The notes: generated by a model not told the origin, from the sequence alone. 64,000 bases of DNA from Nymphaea colorata (GCF_008831285.2 NC_045138.2:38688001-38752000); one strand, 5' to 3'. Positions 26,318 to 40,997 are shown, counted from the first letter of the stretch. Program-made: numbers and translations.

Positions 26318-28476
26318 CAATTGCTCGTGGGGAGACTCATCCCTCGCTAGGCACCTTTTTCGAGATTCGGAAGGCCAACAGGTATCAGAAGGCAAACGGG
26401 AGGATGACTCCAGAATCTGGCTGAGCCAATGCTCCTGCTTATAATTAATATATTTTGCATACTATGGACTTTGCTGTTGGGTTCATGCGTGGAAGAGTTA
26501 CAGGTGATGGAAGTCAGCAAGATTCCGAACAATCGCTCCCCAACCATTACCACATTATTTCTCTGTCTCTTTCCCTATTTAATAATATATGTGATTCAGG
26601 GAAGGGCGAATATAGCCATACTGCACGATGAAGTGGCTGAAACCATCATGTAATGATCTTTTTAATAATCAATTAACAAAAAATTTACAGAAACATGCTC
26701 AAATTTTTAACCGAACAATAAAAACATCCTTATGTTTTGAATCTTTTTCATTTAACTGCTTTAATTAGGTAAAGATAAACCTTAAACGAAAGAAATGAAG
26801 AACTGCAGCATGTTTTCATTATTTCATCAAAATTAAGGTTGTTTGAGTAAAAACTTCATTAACTAATGTCCAACGGCTGACTCTGAACTCATGACACAAG
26901 CAAGAGGGAGACAGATAAGGAAAAAGAAAACAAGATGATAATGAGAGAGTGAGAGGAGGAAGATTCCTTGTCTGCTTAATTTTCTTTCGATTTTGATTCC
27001 AGGGATCAACAAATAGGAAAAGTATGGTCAGTGGAATCCATTTCTACATTCAATCTCTTTGCAGACAGATGGAAAAAATATTGCGGTTATCCGGCCAACT
27101 TCCCCTTATTTTCAAAAATAGTTAAAGAGTATTTTCAAATATTAACGTAAAAATTTGTTTAATATTTTGGATCCATAAGTCCTAACAGACCAATTGAAGC
27201 AACCACCAGTGCTAACATCGAAAATCTCTTTCTTTGAACGCATGTTATAACATTTCTGGTTGCGATGAACTTCCCACAGGCTTAAATACATTTTACGAAA
27301 AAAATATTTTTTGAAGTTATTGATGTAATATAAGCTCTTCATTTTTTGCTTGCATATGGTACAAGCTCCATCAACACATCTAAGCATGAACTCGATTAGC
27401 TTCAACATATTAAACCAAATAGAAGGTTGTACCTGCAGAACAGAATATTTTGGAGAGACATGGAACGAAAGAAGATGAAATCCACACAGCATATACTGTC
27501 CGACTTGTGTAGACAGACAGTAGAAATATAGCTCTCTCAGCACGAATGACTTTCCCCCGTAAAAGCACTCGAGGAGGTTCCCATGCGTGTACCCACACAC
27601 ACATACACATATCGGTTGAAAACAACAGACAGAGAAAAAATACGTATCGTCAAGACATTGCCAAGAGCACACGCATCGCGTAAAAACAACAGAAAAAGAA
27701 CACTAAGTATCATCAAGACATTGTTGAACGGTAGTTCGGACATCAAGAAATAATTACTGCAAGAAGCACGCCAAATATGCATTTAAATTAAAAAACTACA
27801 AGATAAATATGCGTCTGAAGCAGATTCGGAGACATGTGTACAACAGTATGGCTTTAAAAAAGGAAGAAGAACGCCACGGATGCAATTATGCGACGGACAT
27901 AGACGGACTTTTTGAAACAAGAATTAAAGTGTTACAGGACCTTTTGGGGACAAACAAAATAACCAGTAGAAAAAGGGTTCCCATTCGCCAAGCTCCAGCA
28001 AAAAATTTCCTCGTTTCTTATCATCAGGGAGCGTTGTGCTCTGTATGTCAATTGCAAAGAGCAGAGAACCCCCCACGACTCAGTTAATCTATTCTTTGCA
28101 ACTGCTGAACGTCGAAGGGCAAGAAGGCTGCATATGTTTTCGTTGTAATTGGAGCCGCCAGTCTCTGTCATTTTGCAGAGACCCGGTTTTCACCAGCTTC
28201 CAACCCATTTCTGCAAGCTCACGTGTTGCGATGACCAAATTAGCAGTGGCAGCCTGGCAGGTTATAATGATCTCTCCGTTCCCCCGACCCCCTCCAACTT
28301 CCGACTGCAACTCCGACTCTGATGATGCTGACAATGGAAGCCTTCACCTCGGACCTCCGACACTACTGTTGTCCTTGATGAGTGCAGGGCAACCGACACA
28401 TGCATGGTGAAATCCCCAACCAGACAATGCAGACAAATGCATGGACCTGTTAGCAATACAAGGATACTAACGACCA

Positions 28477-31189
28477 TCAACCTGAAACAACCCGGCTCAG
28501 TGTCATATGCACCCATTCAGCAGTCTCTTTGATCAAATGATCATCTGACGATAAGCATTCGTCCACAAAATCCCTGCAAAACAATGACTGCCGCAGCAAA
28601 GGAGCAGCATTTGCACTCAGTGTGTCTGCCAAGTCTCCAAGAACGCCCACTGCAGCCTTTGTCACCATATCATCCCTACAAGATAAAAAAAGGTACCGAG
28701 TTAGAGGATGCCTTCATATACTTTGCCACTTTGAAGAAGTGGAAGGGCAGAAAAGAAGCAACAGTTTAAACCCAAACAAATACTGACATGTCTTTCTCCT
28801 GATACATGCTGTCCAAAAATTGAAGGATGTGAGGTGCATAGGGCATCAGCAGCTGGGTCTTGGGAGAGTTCTTGAAGCCCTGAAAGATCGCCGAGTATGC
28901 TTCCAAGATCCCATTCCTCAATTGGTTATTGTATTCAATCATTTCATCATCAGAATTTGCAGGTTGCAGTGACAGTTCGGCTGCTCCCTGGAGCATCGGC
29001 ATTGCATACACCAAGTACTTGTCAAAACTTTCACCTATGGCCAGGGCTATATCACCAAAACATGAGAAGATTGGAGGCTTCACAGATCGATGTAGCTGAT
29101 TGCTTGACAAGTCCTTCAGAAGCTGAGTCATGATCCCATCACAATAAGGGAATATCTTCTCGTCCAAGGCTCTGCATATGTCACCAACGACACCAACCGT
29201 AACTGCACAGACTTGGTATTCTTCAAAATTCTGAAGGCCCATTTCCAGATACGGATAGAAGTCTGGCATGTACTTACTAAAGTCGGCTCCTGTCGCATAT
29301 GCCAGGGCGCCAATAGCAAGCATTGCCTCCTCATGAACCGTGGCATTTCTAAATGCAAAAACCCTAAGGAAGAGAGCCATCATCTGATCTGCATACTGCA
29401 ACAGACCATATTTTGTGGAGTCTGAACCACTCAGCTTCTGGATGATGACCTGTAAGCACCCACAGAGAAGTCCCTGCAATTCGATCTGCTTCTCTCTCTC
29501 TTCAGATGAGAGTTTCTGCACCTCAAGTGTTTCCATGAGCTTCATCAGGAAAACAGGAATAAGTTGCATGACAATGGACGCAGTCTCTTCCATTGAACAC
29601 CTGACGACTTCATTGAGCGTTTCATAAGCAGATGTGCGTAAGCGAGACTCTCCAGCATCTTCCCTGTGAGCAGTAGTAAGAAGAGCCTCAACAACGCTTT
29701 GAAAGAAAGGAGTCAACAGAGAAGATGTGCCCACATCTTCGTAACCTTGGGCAAGAAAATACAGGGCGCCACATACTTTTTCAGCAACATTGGGGACATC
29801 CTTCATACCCTCAATCAGAACCGACAGAATGTGAGGGAAGTTAGACTGTGTAATCACTGGGGCCTCCATTGTCGGACCATGAAGGAACTCAAAAATTCTG
29901 CCCAGGGTCCAGGCAGTGGTGTCTTTTACGTGACTATTTTCATCCTTCATAGCATGAAGCATAAATTCCAAGGCAAGGTTGACAAGTGGGGTGAGCTTGT
30001 CTGGAGATGGCCCCTCGAGAATAGAACCAAATGCATAAGTAGCTGCCTCCCTTCGCCTCCATTCTGGTTTTGAGATGTTCTCTTGAACAAATGGCATCAC
30101 AAGAGGAACAATATCATCACCAACTGTCCGTGCAACCAACCCCAAACATGTTCCCCCAGCCATTGAAATATTCCAAGCACCTTCATCCTGATCCTGGTCT
30201 TCTTCCTGTTTCAATAGTGTCTCCAACAACATAGGGACAAGAGCAGGAAGTGCCTGCTTAATAAAATAAAAGCAGGGAATATCAGATTCTCCACTAAAGT
30301 CACCTCCATATTCATCCAACACATCAATCTCCTCATCACATATAGAACTCCAAAATTCAATAGCTTGAAGAGCCACAGGTTCTTCATCTTCCTTCACAGA
30401 TTTTGCAGTAATATTGAAGATATCTTTTATGTAAGGTGCAAGCTGATTGTAGTACATAGAAGAAATGGAGACCAGGCATTCAAATGCAACCTGTCTGATC
30501 TTCATTTCTGGAGACAAAGTTGCCTCACAGACAACCCTCATTATATAGTTCCTTTCCATGTCGTTCTCAAAATTTGTTTTGGCGAAGCTCAAAGCATTAT
30601 AAAGGGCACGGGTGGCAGCAAGCCGTATATCATTACTCTCGCTAGAGCTCATACCCTGAACGACGGAAGTAAGTATTGAGTTCACTTCCTCTTGAACAAG
30701 TATTTCAGGAGATATTTCTTCACACAAGTACCCAAGGGTCTCCAGGGTCGCCTGTTTCACGTGCGCAGGCCCAGAAATGTTTGACGTCAGGGTGCTCACA
30801 AGCTCACGCCACTGACTATTCCTCAATTCAATGCCTGCAACCTTGGCAATGACTTGTGATGCAGTAGATCGAGCATCAAGTGCAGATGAACTAAGGGTGC
30901 TTAACATGCAACCCTTTATTTGGGTCTTCACGGATGGATCCAGCGACAACCATCGCTGAACCAACTCAGCTTTAAGGTTCAGCTCTTTGGCATCTAATGC
31001 GTTCTTCAAAATCAAACCAGCAAGCTTACGGCTATCCACAGGCTTCTCATCATTGGACAATTCTCCAGACATAGACAACAAAAAAGCAGGGAAGTTCTGG
31101 TTTTGAAACTGTGTAAGATTTTCTTCAGCATGTTTCCGCACATTACCATCAATAGACTGCGCGTTCAAAAGGACCTGGGTCACCTCCAT
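28477..31189 (-). CDS. KPNB1: Importin subunit beta-1 (~866 aa, 2 coding exons)
   Basis: Exons 31189-28788 and 28675-28477, in phase (2601 nt). IBN_N start MEVTQVLLNAQSIDG..RKHAEENL, HEAT repeats, and the motifs VALQAIEFWSSICDEE, acidic loop QEEDQDQDEGAWN and EWRRREAATYAFGSILEGP. Confidence 0.96.
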
Positions 31190-32357
31190 TGTCTTTGTTT
31201 ATCTGCACGGCAGACACATATTCATCAAAAAATAAAGAGCAACAAAAAATACAAAAGGATGAAATGGACCCTGATTAAAGCAAAGGACATAGATACTCAT
31301 GCTAGTTGGCTAGTCATATGTCTCTTGCAAACAGCTATAGCACTCAAAAAAAAAAAAAAAAGATATTTGGCATAAAAATATTTGAATTAACGGCTTACTA
31401 ACTGCAAAATAAATCCAGAAAAAATGAACATAGTACAGGGTTCAGATTTGGCATGAGACTGTAACAGAAACTATGATTTTGAAATTCAAAGTTCAATGCC
31501 CTTTCAGAAAAGAGTTGATTTGAAGTAATCAATAACATGCTTAAATAGAAAACAAAGACAAAAACTGAATAAAATTCCGAACTCGAACATTGCCAGTGAC
31601 GACAATGTACACGATTAAACTAACCAGATAACTTAAAGAGCACCCAACCCTATGACAACCCAAAGAACAAATCGAAGCGGGTAAAGACATGATATCCACA
31701 ACTGCAGCTCACAAGACGAAAGTACGAACCCGTAGCAACATGTTAAGTGGTCATCACAACCCACATCTATCCGAGTACAATCGCAAAACGCAAGGTAAAG
31801 CACAAGATGAACCTAATGGACCTTGAGAAGAAGCGTCAAATAAACGAATTGAAACCTAATTTTGATCCAAAACCTCACCCTGAATGCTTTTAGACCCCCG
31901 TAACAGTACAATTGTATATGCCTTCTCCAATCTACAATCTCAATCCAACCAACATCAACCAATAAAATGTGTGTGCGTGTGCGTGTGTATATGACGGAAC
32001 GAAAAGAGAGAATTACAAGGACCCATTCACGCCGGCAATCACGAAAACCTAGATCCCGAGCGTCTGCCTACCCCTGATTGCCAGCCCTAATCCTCAACAG
32101 ATCCGCTAAATTACCAATTAAACCCTAACAGTTTCAAACCTATCCAACTCCCAATCGGAGACAAATCCCGAATCGCGAAAATGGTGCTCCTGCAGTATGA
32201 AACACTAACATAACAAAGTACACATGCAATTCCAAAATAGATCAAAATTCTGCAGAAACAAAACAGCCACGAAAACAAAATCCGAGAGAGAGAGAGAGAA
32301 AGAGGGAGCGAGAGCAGTTTCTCTCGTCCGTCTCAATCATCGAGTAGACAGGCTCAC

Positions 32358-32520
32358 GTGGAGAGAAGCAGGCGTCTTCCGCGCGGTCCCCTCGGCAGCC
32401 GGCGGGCGATCGGACGGGCAGAAACCGATCTCCGAAACAGAGAACGAGGAAAAGGAGAAGAAGAAGATCGACGCCGACGACGGTGGTTGCGAGAAGGTGG
32501 CGCCAATATCTACTAGCTCA
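32358..32520 (-). other. Probable non-coding 5'-UTR exon of importin beta-1
   Basis: GC- and CT-rich leader ending in a donor (CCAC|GTGAGC at ~32357). An acceptor (TGCAG) lies ~15 nt upstream of the ATG at 31189. A telo-box AAACCCTAA lies at ~32120 in the intervening intron. Confidence 0.5.
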
Positions 32521-33125
32521 GTACCCTCCTCCCCTTGCCCCCCACTCTCTCTCTCTCCCCTCCCCTTTCTGTTTTAACCATTCGCCATTTCTGTTGTATT
32601 TATTTTTCCTACTGAAATCCATTTCAAGGGCGCCCACGATGCCCGTTTACGGTTTTACATGTAACCGGACGGCCAACTACCGCGACGGTGAGTTAGAATA
32701 GAAGCACGTACGTCGGGAACGAGAACGGGAAGGACAAACACGGGCATCTGCGTTGTCGAGAACTCACGCTCCGCGATCCAAGGTTCCAGGAACGACGTGG
32801 AAGGAGGAGAACAAGAAGGACAAACATGGCAGCGGCTTTTGTGCACGGACCCGGACAGTTTTCCAAGTCCAGCGATGCAATAGCCTGGACACGCTGCTCC
32901 CTGACAGCGTGCCGGTCCCTCGCAATTATTGGGATTCAAATTCAAAATATCTGTAAAATTATAAAACGACAAGACGAAGGCAATTTAAATTCTTACGTAG
33001 GAAAATATAAATATCAACTAAACAAGTTTATGGTACTGTTTTATATAAAAATATCCCATTGAAGATGAAAAATATAAAATAAATGTGGACTATAGGACCG
33101 AATATTACGAGTCTAAGCTCTTTGG

Positions 33126-33161
<36 letters not shown>

Positions 33162-33210
33162 CTGATAAGTGTATAATAGATAAAAACATGCAAACATACC
33201 CATACACCTT

Positions 33211-33500
33211 AGGGAAAGAAGCTTAAAAACATGAAATTTTTTCTTTAAATAAGACAGGTTGAGATAAACTTAGATATGTTAGTGTACATGTATGTACAAC
33301 ACATCACACTCGGAAAAGAAGCCTAAAGACATGAAATTTTTTTCTTTACATAAGACAGGTTAAGATAAACTTAAATATATTAATGCACATGTATGTACAA
33401 CCAATCACACTAGGAAAATAAGCTCAAGACATGAAATTTTTTCTTTAATTATGACAGGTTGAGATAAAGTTAAATATATTAGTGTACATATATGTAAACC
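33211..33500 (+). repeat. Tandem repeat, 3 copies of a ~100 bp AT-rich unit
   Basis: Units start at ~33211, 33311 and 33411. Each contains GGAAAAGAAGC..AAGACATGAAATTTTTTCTTTA..TAAGACAGGTTGAGATAAACTTA.ATAT.TTAGTGTACAT. Confidence 0.9.
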
Positions 33501-35376
33501 AAAGGGTGCACACATTTCGTATCAAATACTGGGTTCCTTATATTGTGACATATAAAGTGCCATTTGGCTTTCGTGAGTGTCTTGAAATGAATCAACTGCA
33601 TATAGGAACTTGGGTTATCCAAAACTATACAATTAAAAGTAAAATAAATAAAAATGAATTACAATTTGAATTTGTAAACCAGACGAATATGAGACGGATC
33701 TTATAGCTTGCCAATGCCTACATGGCCAAGGGTGGCGGGTTTTGCGCCATCTCTCTCTCAAAATTTAAAACAAAAGAATTTTACATGTAAATTAAAAAAA
33801 AAATTTGAAAAATTGTATTTTGGTTCTTTTGTTAAAATTTTAAAATTATAATTCGATCCTCTAATACAAAATTTCTGGCTCGGCTCCTCCAAACAAAAAG
33901 TTACGGATCGAACTTTTGCCCATAACTGGATCTGGACTTGAATTAGGTCCGTACTTAATTCAGATCTCGAAATCTGATTCCCGTGAGAAACTGCATTGCC
34001 CGCCTGCACTCCCTCAAGTGTTTTGGATTTGGATTCGGATCGGTGATGGGATGAACTAGACCGGTTCACGTTCCGTCTGCCCAAGTTTAAACCCACCGCC
34101 GGTGAGAACAACTATTTTCACATTCCACCGACAACTAGTGGGCCCCACGGTCGCACAAGCCAACGGACTTATTTTTTGAATTCTTTTTCCGAAGAATTGT
34201 TGATCCTCTGCTTGACTGGACCCGCTCATCAGTTTTGTCCTGTTCAAAATTTATACACATTTTCTAATAAAATATAGCAGCTTTATTTACCGATGGAAGA
34301 ATTTCATATCTTGTCTTCATTCTATCAATCTCAATAAAACATGCAACTCAAGTTCATCAGTTCACATCAGTAGTTGCAAAGATTGGCTTGAATTGGTCGA
34401 ACAATAAGAATGGGTGCTTGATTTTTTCCTCATCAATTGTTTTTATATGATTTTCCACTCATTGTTATAAACTGAAGATAATAATGTTTTTTTCAGTTGT
34501 TAACCCAAAAGATTAAACGGTCTGTGTTTGTTTACCTTGGATTTCAGATCCTCAATTATCTCCTAGGTCCAACAAATTGAGATCAGTCTCCAATCAGCCA
34601 TATCCTAAGCATAGATTGGTTCTTGATGTTTAAGGAGTTCTAATGTCCAAGTTTTATCACAGAGAGAATGGCTGAAGAGCCGAGCCAAACCTCCAACTTT
34701 AGAATTATTTCTGCATTATTGCCGGTCCTGATGCTCCATAAAGCGTAGACTGCAAAACAACCGAATAATAAAGGACAAGATACGCCAGAGGTCGACGATG
34801 AATGTGTTGGCCGCGTTTTCTGTCGCCAGCAGTATTTATTACAACGTGAATGTGCAGGCAGAATCATAAATGGATCATGTGTTTTTTAACTGATTATCTG
34901 TATGGAATTCATTGTTTTCAGATGTATATCATTGAAGTAAGATTAAGAACCAAATGTATACCTTTCATCAGTCCTTGCCCTCGGGTTTCGTTCTGATTAA
35001 GTTCAGAATCACATGAAACCCAGCCGAATGCAATTGTAGCAGTTTTTTGCCACTCCCAAAAGCAATTTTAACATGCATTTCTTGCTATGTTTACAAGAAC
35101 AAGATCGTGAATCAGTCCCCTGCATCGTGCAGTCCTGGAAATGGATGTGGTGACAAAGAAATGTTAGCAAGGGAAGACAAACTCTTTTTATTAACAAGAG
35201 AAAAAATTTGGACATGGGGAAAAGGAACCTCAAATATCAGACAACAAATCAAAAGTTACACCAGAAATAAAATTGGTAAACAGAAGCAAGGAATTCGTGA
35301 AGAGATAAAACAAACTGAATTTTCCATTCGACCTTTACATATTTTATGTTACACAAACACCTAGGATGCAAAATTA

Positions 35377-38300
35377 TCAACTTCTGAAGCCAAAGCTTGG
35401 CCACCTCTTGGTTCCTTCTTTCTTCGACCTTTGTGATTTAGAATCAATGAGATTCTCAAGGGATTTTGCCTTTCTGTTCCTCGCCTTTCCTGCTTCTTTC
35501 AACAGCTCAGTTAATCTTCTCTTCTCATCATCGACATCAGGGTCAGCAGTTCCCAATTTCTCTTCCCTCACCCCAAGGACGAACTCCAGAATCTCAATGG
35601 CATCTTCAACCCTGACAATCGAACATAAAAAGATCAATTGTACTCTCAGTATCCCTCCCGAGCTTGCAGTTATCAACAGAAAATACTCAGAATAAACCAC
35701 TCTTAGTTTTCGCCCATCATCACCATTTTGAAGGGAACAGGTTATACAAAGAGTCAAGACATTCACTGACAAACTCAACACAACAGTAAATAGGGCAGCG
35801 GTAGTCCACCGAAATTTCATTATCCAATATGCAAGTAACTACTACTTGGTAGGATGTGTATGCACTTGGAAACTTATTCACAAACTAATCCAAATGCACC
35901 ACTCATCCATATTAGCAGAAAGTACAATTACGAGTACAGAACACTGTACCATGAACATAAATGCAGAATGCATTGTCAACAAAATATTGTGTAATTACTA
36001 ATTAAATGTCAACATAAGAAAATTTCCTGCATTTTGCAGGAGATACAAAAGTCAGTGATGGTATCATCAACGCACCATGAAGAAAACCTTTCACAAGCCA
36101 GTCACTTCAAGGTTATGTGGTTAAAAACAGTGCCTAAGAATTAGGTATCATTTGACGTGAAATCATGCTGGCAGCAACAGAAGCTCAAACAAATATATAG
36201 AAAACATTCTCCATTAATGTCATCACAAATAATATCCCAAAAAGTGTCCATTCTAGTCCTAGAAAAAAACTAACCACCACTAATATCCGTTTAATGGATT
36301 GTATTGCCTTTTCCTTTTAAAACTGTTTAGAAACACTATTTTGAACATGCCAAGTACCTGAAATCCTTTTGACAGTCACCAAAGGAAATCAAAAGAAGTG
36401 AAAGTTAAGATTTCCCAAATAAAAAACTTAACTAGGTACGCAACACATATACATTGGCTTTCAATTGTCATTAGCTAGTCTTAGAAATTATTACCCAGGA
36501 AACATTTTCTATGGCAGCACATCAATTTCCTATGAGTATATACATTTCTACCAGGAAAACCTAGGAACTCACAGCAATTGCGAATGAAAGTGAAAAAATG
36601 AAGATCAATGTACAAGATAATATACTTATTAAAATATGCAAAAGGAAACCACCCAAACAATTCAAAGGACACTAAGAAGGAAACAAGAACAATTTCATCT
36701 TTCAATCAAAGATAAAGAAGAATTATAATATATTCGTATTTATGTACCATCATCCAACTACTCAATGATATTCATGGAAACATGGAGCTATCAGATAGCA
36801 TTTCAGTATATACATAAGGTGTTTGAGATCAGGAAGGAATAAACTCGGGCTCAAACTAGCTCAGTACCTAAAATCTGCATCTCAATTCCCAAATTTCCTA
36901 AAATGAAACAAAACATGGAAAATACTGAAGAGGAGATTGATAACAGTGAAGCACCAAGCGCAGGTAGATGCTGGCGTATCAGCTGCAGCATAAAATAATG
37001 AACAAACCCCTCCATAATGATGGGATAATATTGTAGTAATACACGTAGAACATTCTAATTTGTTCATTTATAACTGTGACGTTATGCCCTGTTGACTTGA
37101 GACATAGTAGGAACACATTTACACGTTGCAAATAAAGGCCCATACAGACAGAAAACAGAAAGTATGATTCACCAGATTCATATGGATTCAAGTCCATGTC
37201 CCAACTGTGAACATAACTTGGACACATGTAGCCCATCATTGTTAAAATCGTCATGGAACTCATAAGGAAGTGAACTTTAGCAGATAGAATGGCGATATAA
37301 GTATCTCCGTTTCAATCCTGAGTTTATTAAGTAACAAGAACCAGCGCAAGTACTGTCAATGTGAAGCCATGTACAAGGAACGATCAATTGCGCTGATGCA
37401 GAAAAAAGAGAGAGGATGACGACTCCTCAAAAGTAAGGCGCAATCTTGTCAGAGTAGCAATATTTCTTGCAGAAGGCAAAACTTGGTTTTCATGGTTCAT
37501 TATTCTGCAAATAAAACCCTTAACAAAGCAAAGAGCTTCTCAGAAAAGATTGCTAGCTAGCAGCATAATGGCATTTCAATACAAAGTACGAAACAGGAGC
37601 ACGTAAACATATGCGTAGGAAGGAACGCACACACACACACACACACACACAAGCATCCAAGTTATGATCAGGGTTGAAATAGAACAGTGCGAAGGTAGCC
37701 AGGAGTTACATTCAAATCCACATGGGGTTATCCCCCAACTGAGCATATATATGGGGAAAAGGAAAAAGGAAAACGGAAAAAAGGAAACCCAGGATGGCAA
37801 TCGAACGTAAACAAAATAACGCTGAAAATACTGTAACACGCTCACTACCTTCCCATTGCATCATAAGCAGCAGCAAGATTACTACACACGCCAAGTGTAT
37901 CAGGATGACATGGCCCGCATTCCTTCTCCAGGATGCCCTTTGCTTCTTCAAACAACTTTGCCGCCTCCTCGATTGCGAACAGCTGTATGCAGACCAGACC
38001 CATCTGGTTCAGCACCATCCCAAACAATACAGACCTCTGCTCTCCCCCACCTTCTCTCAGCTTCTCCACGGCCCCCTTGAAGCACTCGTACGCCTCTCCG
38101 GACCTTCCAAGGATATAATTCATCACACCCATCTGAGCCTCCAACCCAGCGACGGTGCTTCGCTGCCCTGGACCTCCGTCCAGCAACTTTGCTGCCTTTT
38201 GCAACACCTTCAACGCTTCTTCATGCTCGCTCATCGCCTCGTAGACAGCGGACACCTCTGCGAGCCCGCTCGCGAGCTCCTCACAGTCCTCGAACTGCAC

Positions 38301-39461
38301 TTGCTTCGACGTGTAGATCCTCAGAGCACTCTCACAGTAAGATTTGGACTCCCTCAGCTTGCCCGTCCGGTGATAGAGGTGGGCAAGGCGGACGTAGATT
38401 GCCGCGACCGCCGGGTGGTTGTCCCCGACTGACGACTTGAAAACCGTGAGCGCTTTCTGGTACGCGAACACCGCCTCGTCGTAGCGGCCGAGAGAGAAGT
38501 AGGTGTCGCCAATGGATCGATCGATTCCGGCGATGTCAGACTCGCGGCCGCCTTCCGAAGAAAACGCCATGCCGGCGAGCACCAGATTCTCGAGTGCGGA
38601 CTCGTAGTCACCACGAGCGTCGCAGATCAGCGCCATCAGGCGGCGGTCAGCCGCCTCCTCCAAGGACCCGGCGTCCCGCTCGCGGTGGACGGCCAAGGCC
38701 TGCCGGCATAGTTCTTCAGCCTCCGGAAACCTCATAGCCTGAACGTACGCCTCGGCGATATACCGGCAGGTCTCGGCGACTCTAGGATCGGTCTCACCGA
38801 GTGCCTGCTTCTGAATGCGGAGGGCATGGACGTAGGAATCAAGCGAGCGATCAGTCCGCCCGAGCATCGCCAATGTGTCGCCTAGCTGCATATACCCGGA
38901 GAAGGCAGCAAGAGCGTTCTTCGGGCCGAGATCTGGCACCGGGATCTGAACCGAGCGCTCGAGTGCCTCGACCGCGTCATCATAGCGGCCGAGGACGGAA
39001 TTTATGGCTGCGGCTACGTGCAAACACATAACGAGGTCAAGGTTTGGAACGTCCGAGCCGGAGGAGGTCAGCTCGAAGGATTTGGCCGCCCGCACGGCGT
39101 AGTCCAGCGCCTTCCGGGGGTTGTCCGCGGCTAGGTCTCTGGCGAGCTTCAGGAGGAAAGGCCCCAGATCGGGGTTGTCCAAAGCCACATCGTTCACGGC
39201 GGACGTCGGTTCCGGCGAGGGGGACGTCTTCCGGCCGCCGGAGTCACGAGGGGACGACTTCCTTCTAGGCGTAGCCGAGGAAGGAGAAAGGGATCGCCTG
39301 GGAATTGGAGACCTCTTAGGAGTAGAGGGCCTCACCTGCTGTTGCTTCCTGTCCTGCTTCGCCCCTTCTAGTTCTCCGTCGCCATCACCGTGAGTCGAGG
39401 ACGGAGCGGGTGGCGGCGGCGCCGCTGCCGGTGGATCTTCAGGGAGGACAAGGCCCGGCAT
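35377..39461 (-). CDS. KLCR1: Kinesin light chain-related TPR protein (KLCR / CELLULOSE SYNTHASE-MICROTUBULE UNCOUPLING family), ~615 aa, 2 exons
   Basis: Exons 39461-37849 and 35611-35377, in phase (1848 nt). It starts MPGLV, has a Pro/Ser-rich N-terminus, the motif LDNPDLGPFLLKLARD, many TPRs (GETDPRVAETCRY, SLEEAADRRLMAL, HPDTLGVCSNLA) and the C-terminus REEKLGTADPDVDDEKRRLTELLKEAGKARNRKAKSLENL. Confidence 0.92.
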
Positions 39462-40997
39462 CGCTTCCGTTTTGCCCTTTTCCGTTTTACTTCTCCTTCC
39501 CCCACCAACGCTCCTACAGCACAGTTCAACTGTGAGATAGAGACAGAGAGAGGAACAGAGAGAGAGAGAGAGAGAGCGCTCACCAGCCCAGACTGATCCA
39601 CTGGGGACAAAAATCCCCCAACCCTCAGAGCTTAGAGAGTGTTCATTGCAGGCGCACCTTCTTTACCAGATATGCAAAAAGAAGACCTTTACTTTTTGAA
39701 AAGCCTTTTAAGGCCTTACCTTTTCCTTCAGCCAAAATTGATGATCTAAATATCTTTTTACTGTCAAGTGAGCTAAATGAGTGTGGTAAACCAAAACCGA
39801 ACTGCCCAACTGTGGCGAACTCGATGAACTCAACAAAGCACACCTTTTCCTAGCCTGCCTCATTCAATACCGACTGAGCTGCAGCTTGTCTCATGGGTCA
39901 CATGCTCAGAATGTATGAAACATTTATTTGACTTTAAATTTGAATTATTATTTATATGAGCCTAAATCTTATCCCTGGTTCAAGTTCTCAATTGAGTCAA
40001 ATCTTTTCTATATCTGATTTTTTGAAGCAATTTGGTTTATTTCATCTAAATCCGATCTATTGACATTCTTGTTGCAGTTGCTTCTACAAATTGGGGTTGC
40101 TCAAAAGTTTCCAATCAAAGCCTTTTTTCTTGGGGAGGGCATAATCAGTATCATTTGTTTCTAATACAGGTTGAAATGAGTTACCAATTTTATTTTATCT
40201 CAACTGAAATTAACTTATTGCTTAGATTGAACCAGAAGTAGAGCTATAATAGTTAACACACACAGATCCACTCAAATCATACTATCAAATTAAGGTTTTA
40301 AGTGAGCTCCATAGAACACATGCCCCATAAAGACCCCCACATGTTTCTGCCCTTGAATCGAATTGAAGAGGGCAATTTTTATTTCATAAAAATGAGCATT
40401 GGGGTTTTCAATTGGAAGAACAATATAGAAGAAGTTAAATTTCATAGGTTAGGGGCCGTGTATGCAAATAAAGTGCAAAATACGTGGTCTTTCTCGAAAA
40501 TAGGAGTAAGAGGCAACTCCCCAACTGAAAATGTTCAATTTTTGGGGATCCAAAATTTATTATTGGAACAAGATGCTCCAACTAACGGCTTTCTCTATGT
40601 TGCGCTGTTGCCCACGGAGGCAGTGGTTTAAGTGAATTTGTCGATTTTAGTGTACCAGATTCAATTCCGATTAGGATTTGTCCGTTTTTAGTGTACAGAT
40701 CCGGACTTAGTTCGGTTATGAATTCAGCTGCCCAAGAGCCGTTCTGTCCGTTATCCCTTGTTTGAAGCAGTTGATTCATAAGACTATAACGATAAAAATT
40801 TTAACGAAATGGTTTGAAAGATTAGGAACAGCAACAGAAAACTTATGGGAAAAGCAAAGAGACGATGCGGATCGGTTGAATTTCAGAATTTTTAAATCCG
40901 TGAAACCAAGCCCAAATACATTCTCATGAGAGAGATCTAAAAAAAGTTGGAAGTTCTTTTTACATTGTACATCTTAACTAATTGTCATACATCTACC

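Noticed and set aside
27142..27672. 176-aa minus-strand ORF between importin-beta and NLP
   Set aside because: It has a non-ATG start, a Cys/Phe/Tyr-rich composition typical of AT-rich non-coding DNA, and no domain.
32495..32512. GCGCCAATATC resembling the 3' half of miR171
   Set aside because: It is a partial match only, with no hairpin.
37794..39393. Several antisense or alternate-frame ORFs over KLCR exon 1
   Set aside because: They are explained by high GC content and few stop codons, with no independent coding signal.
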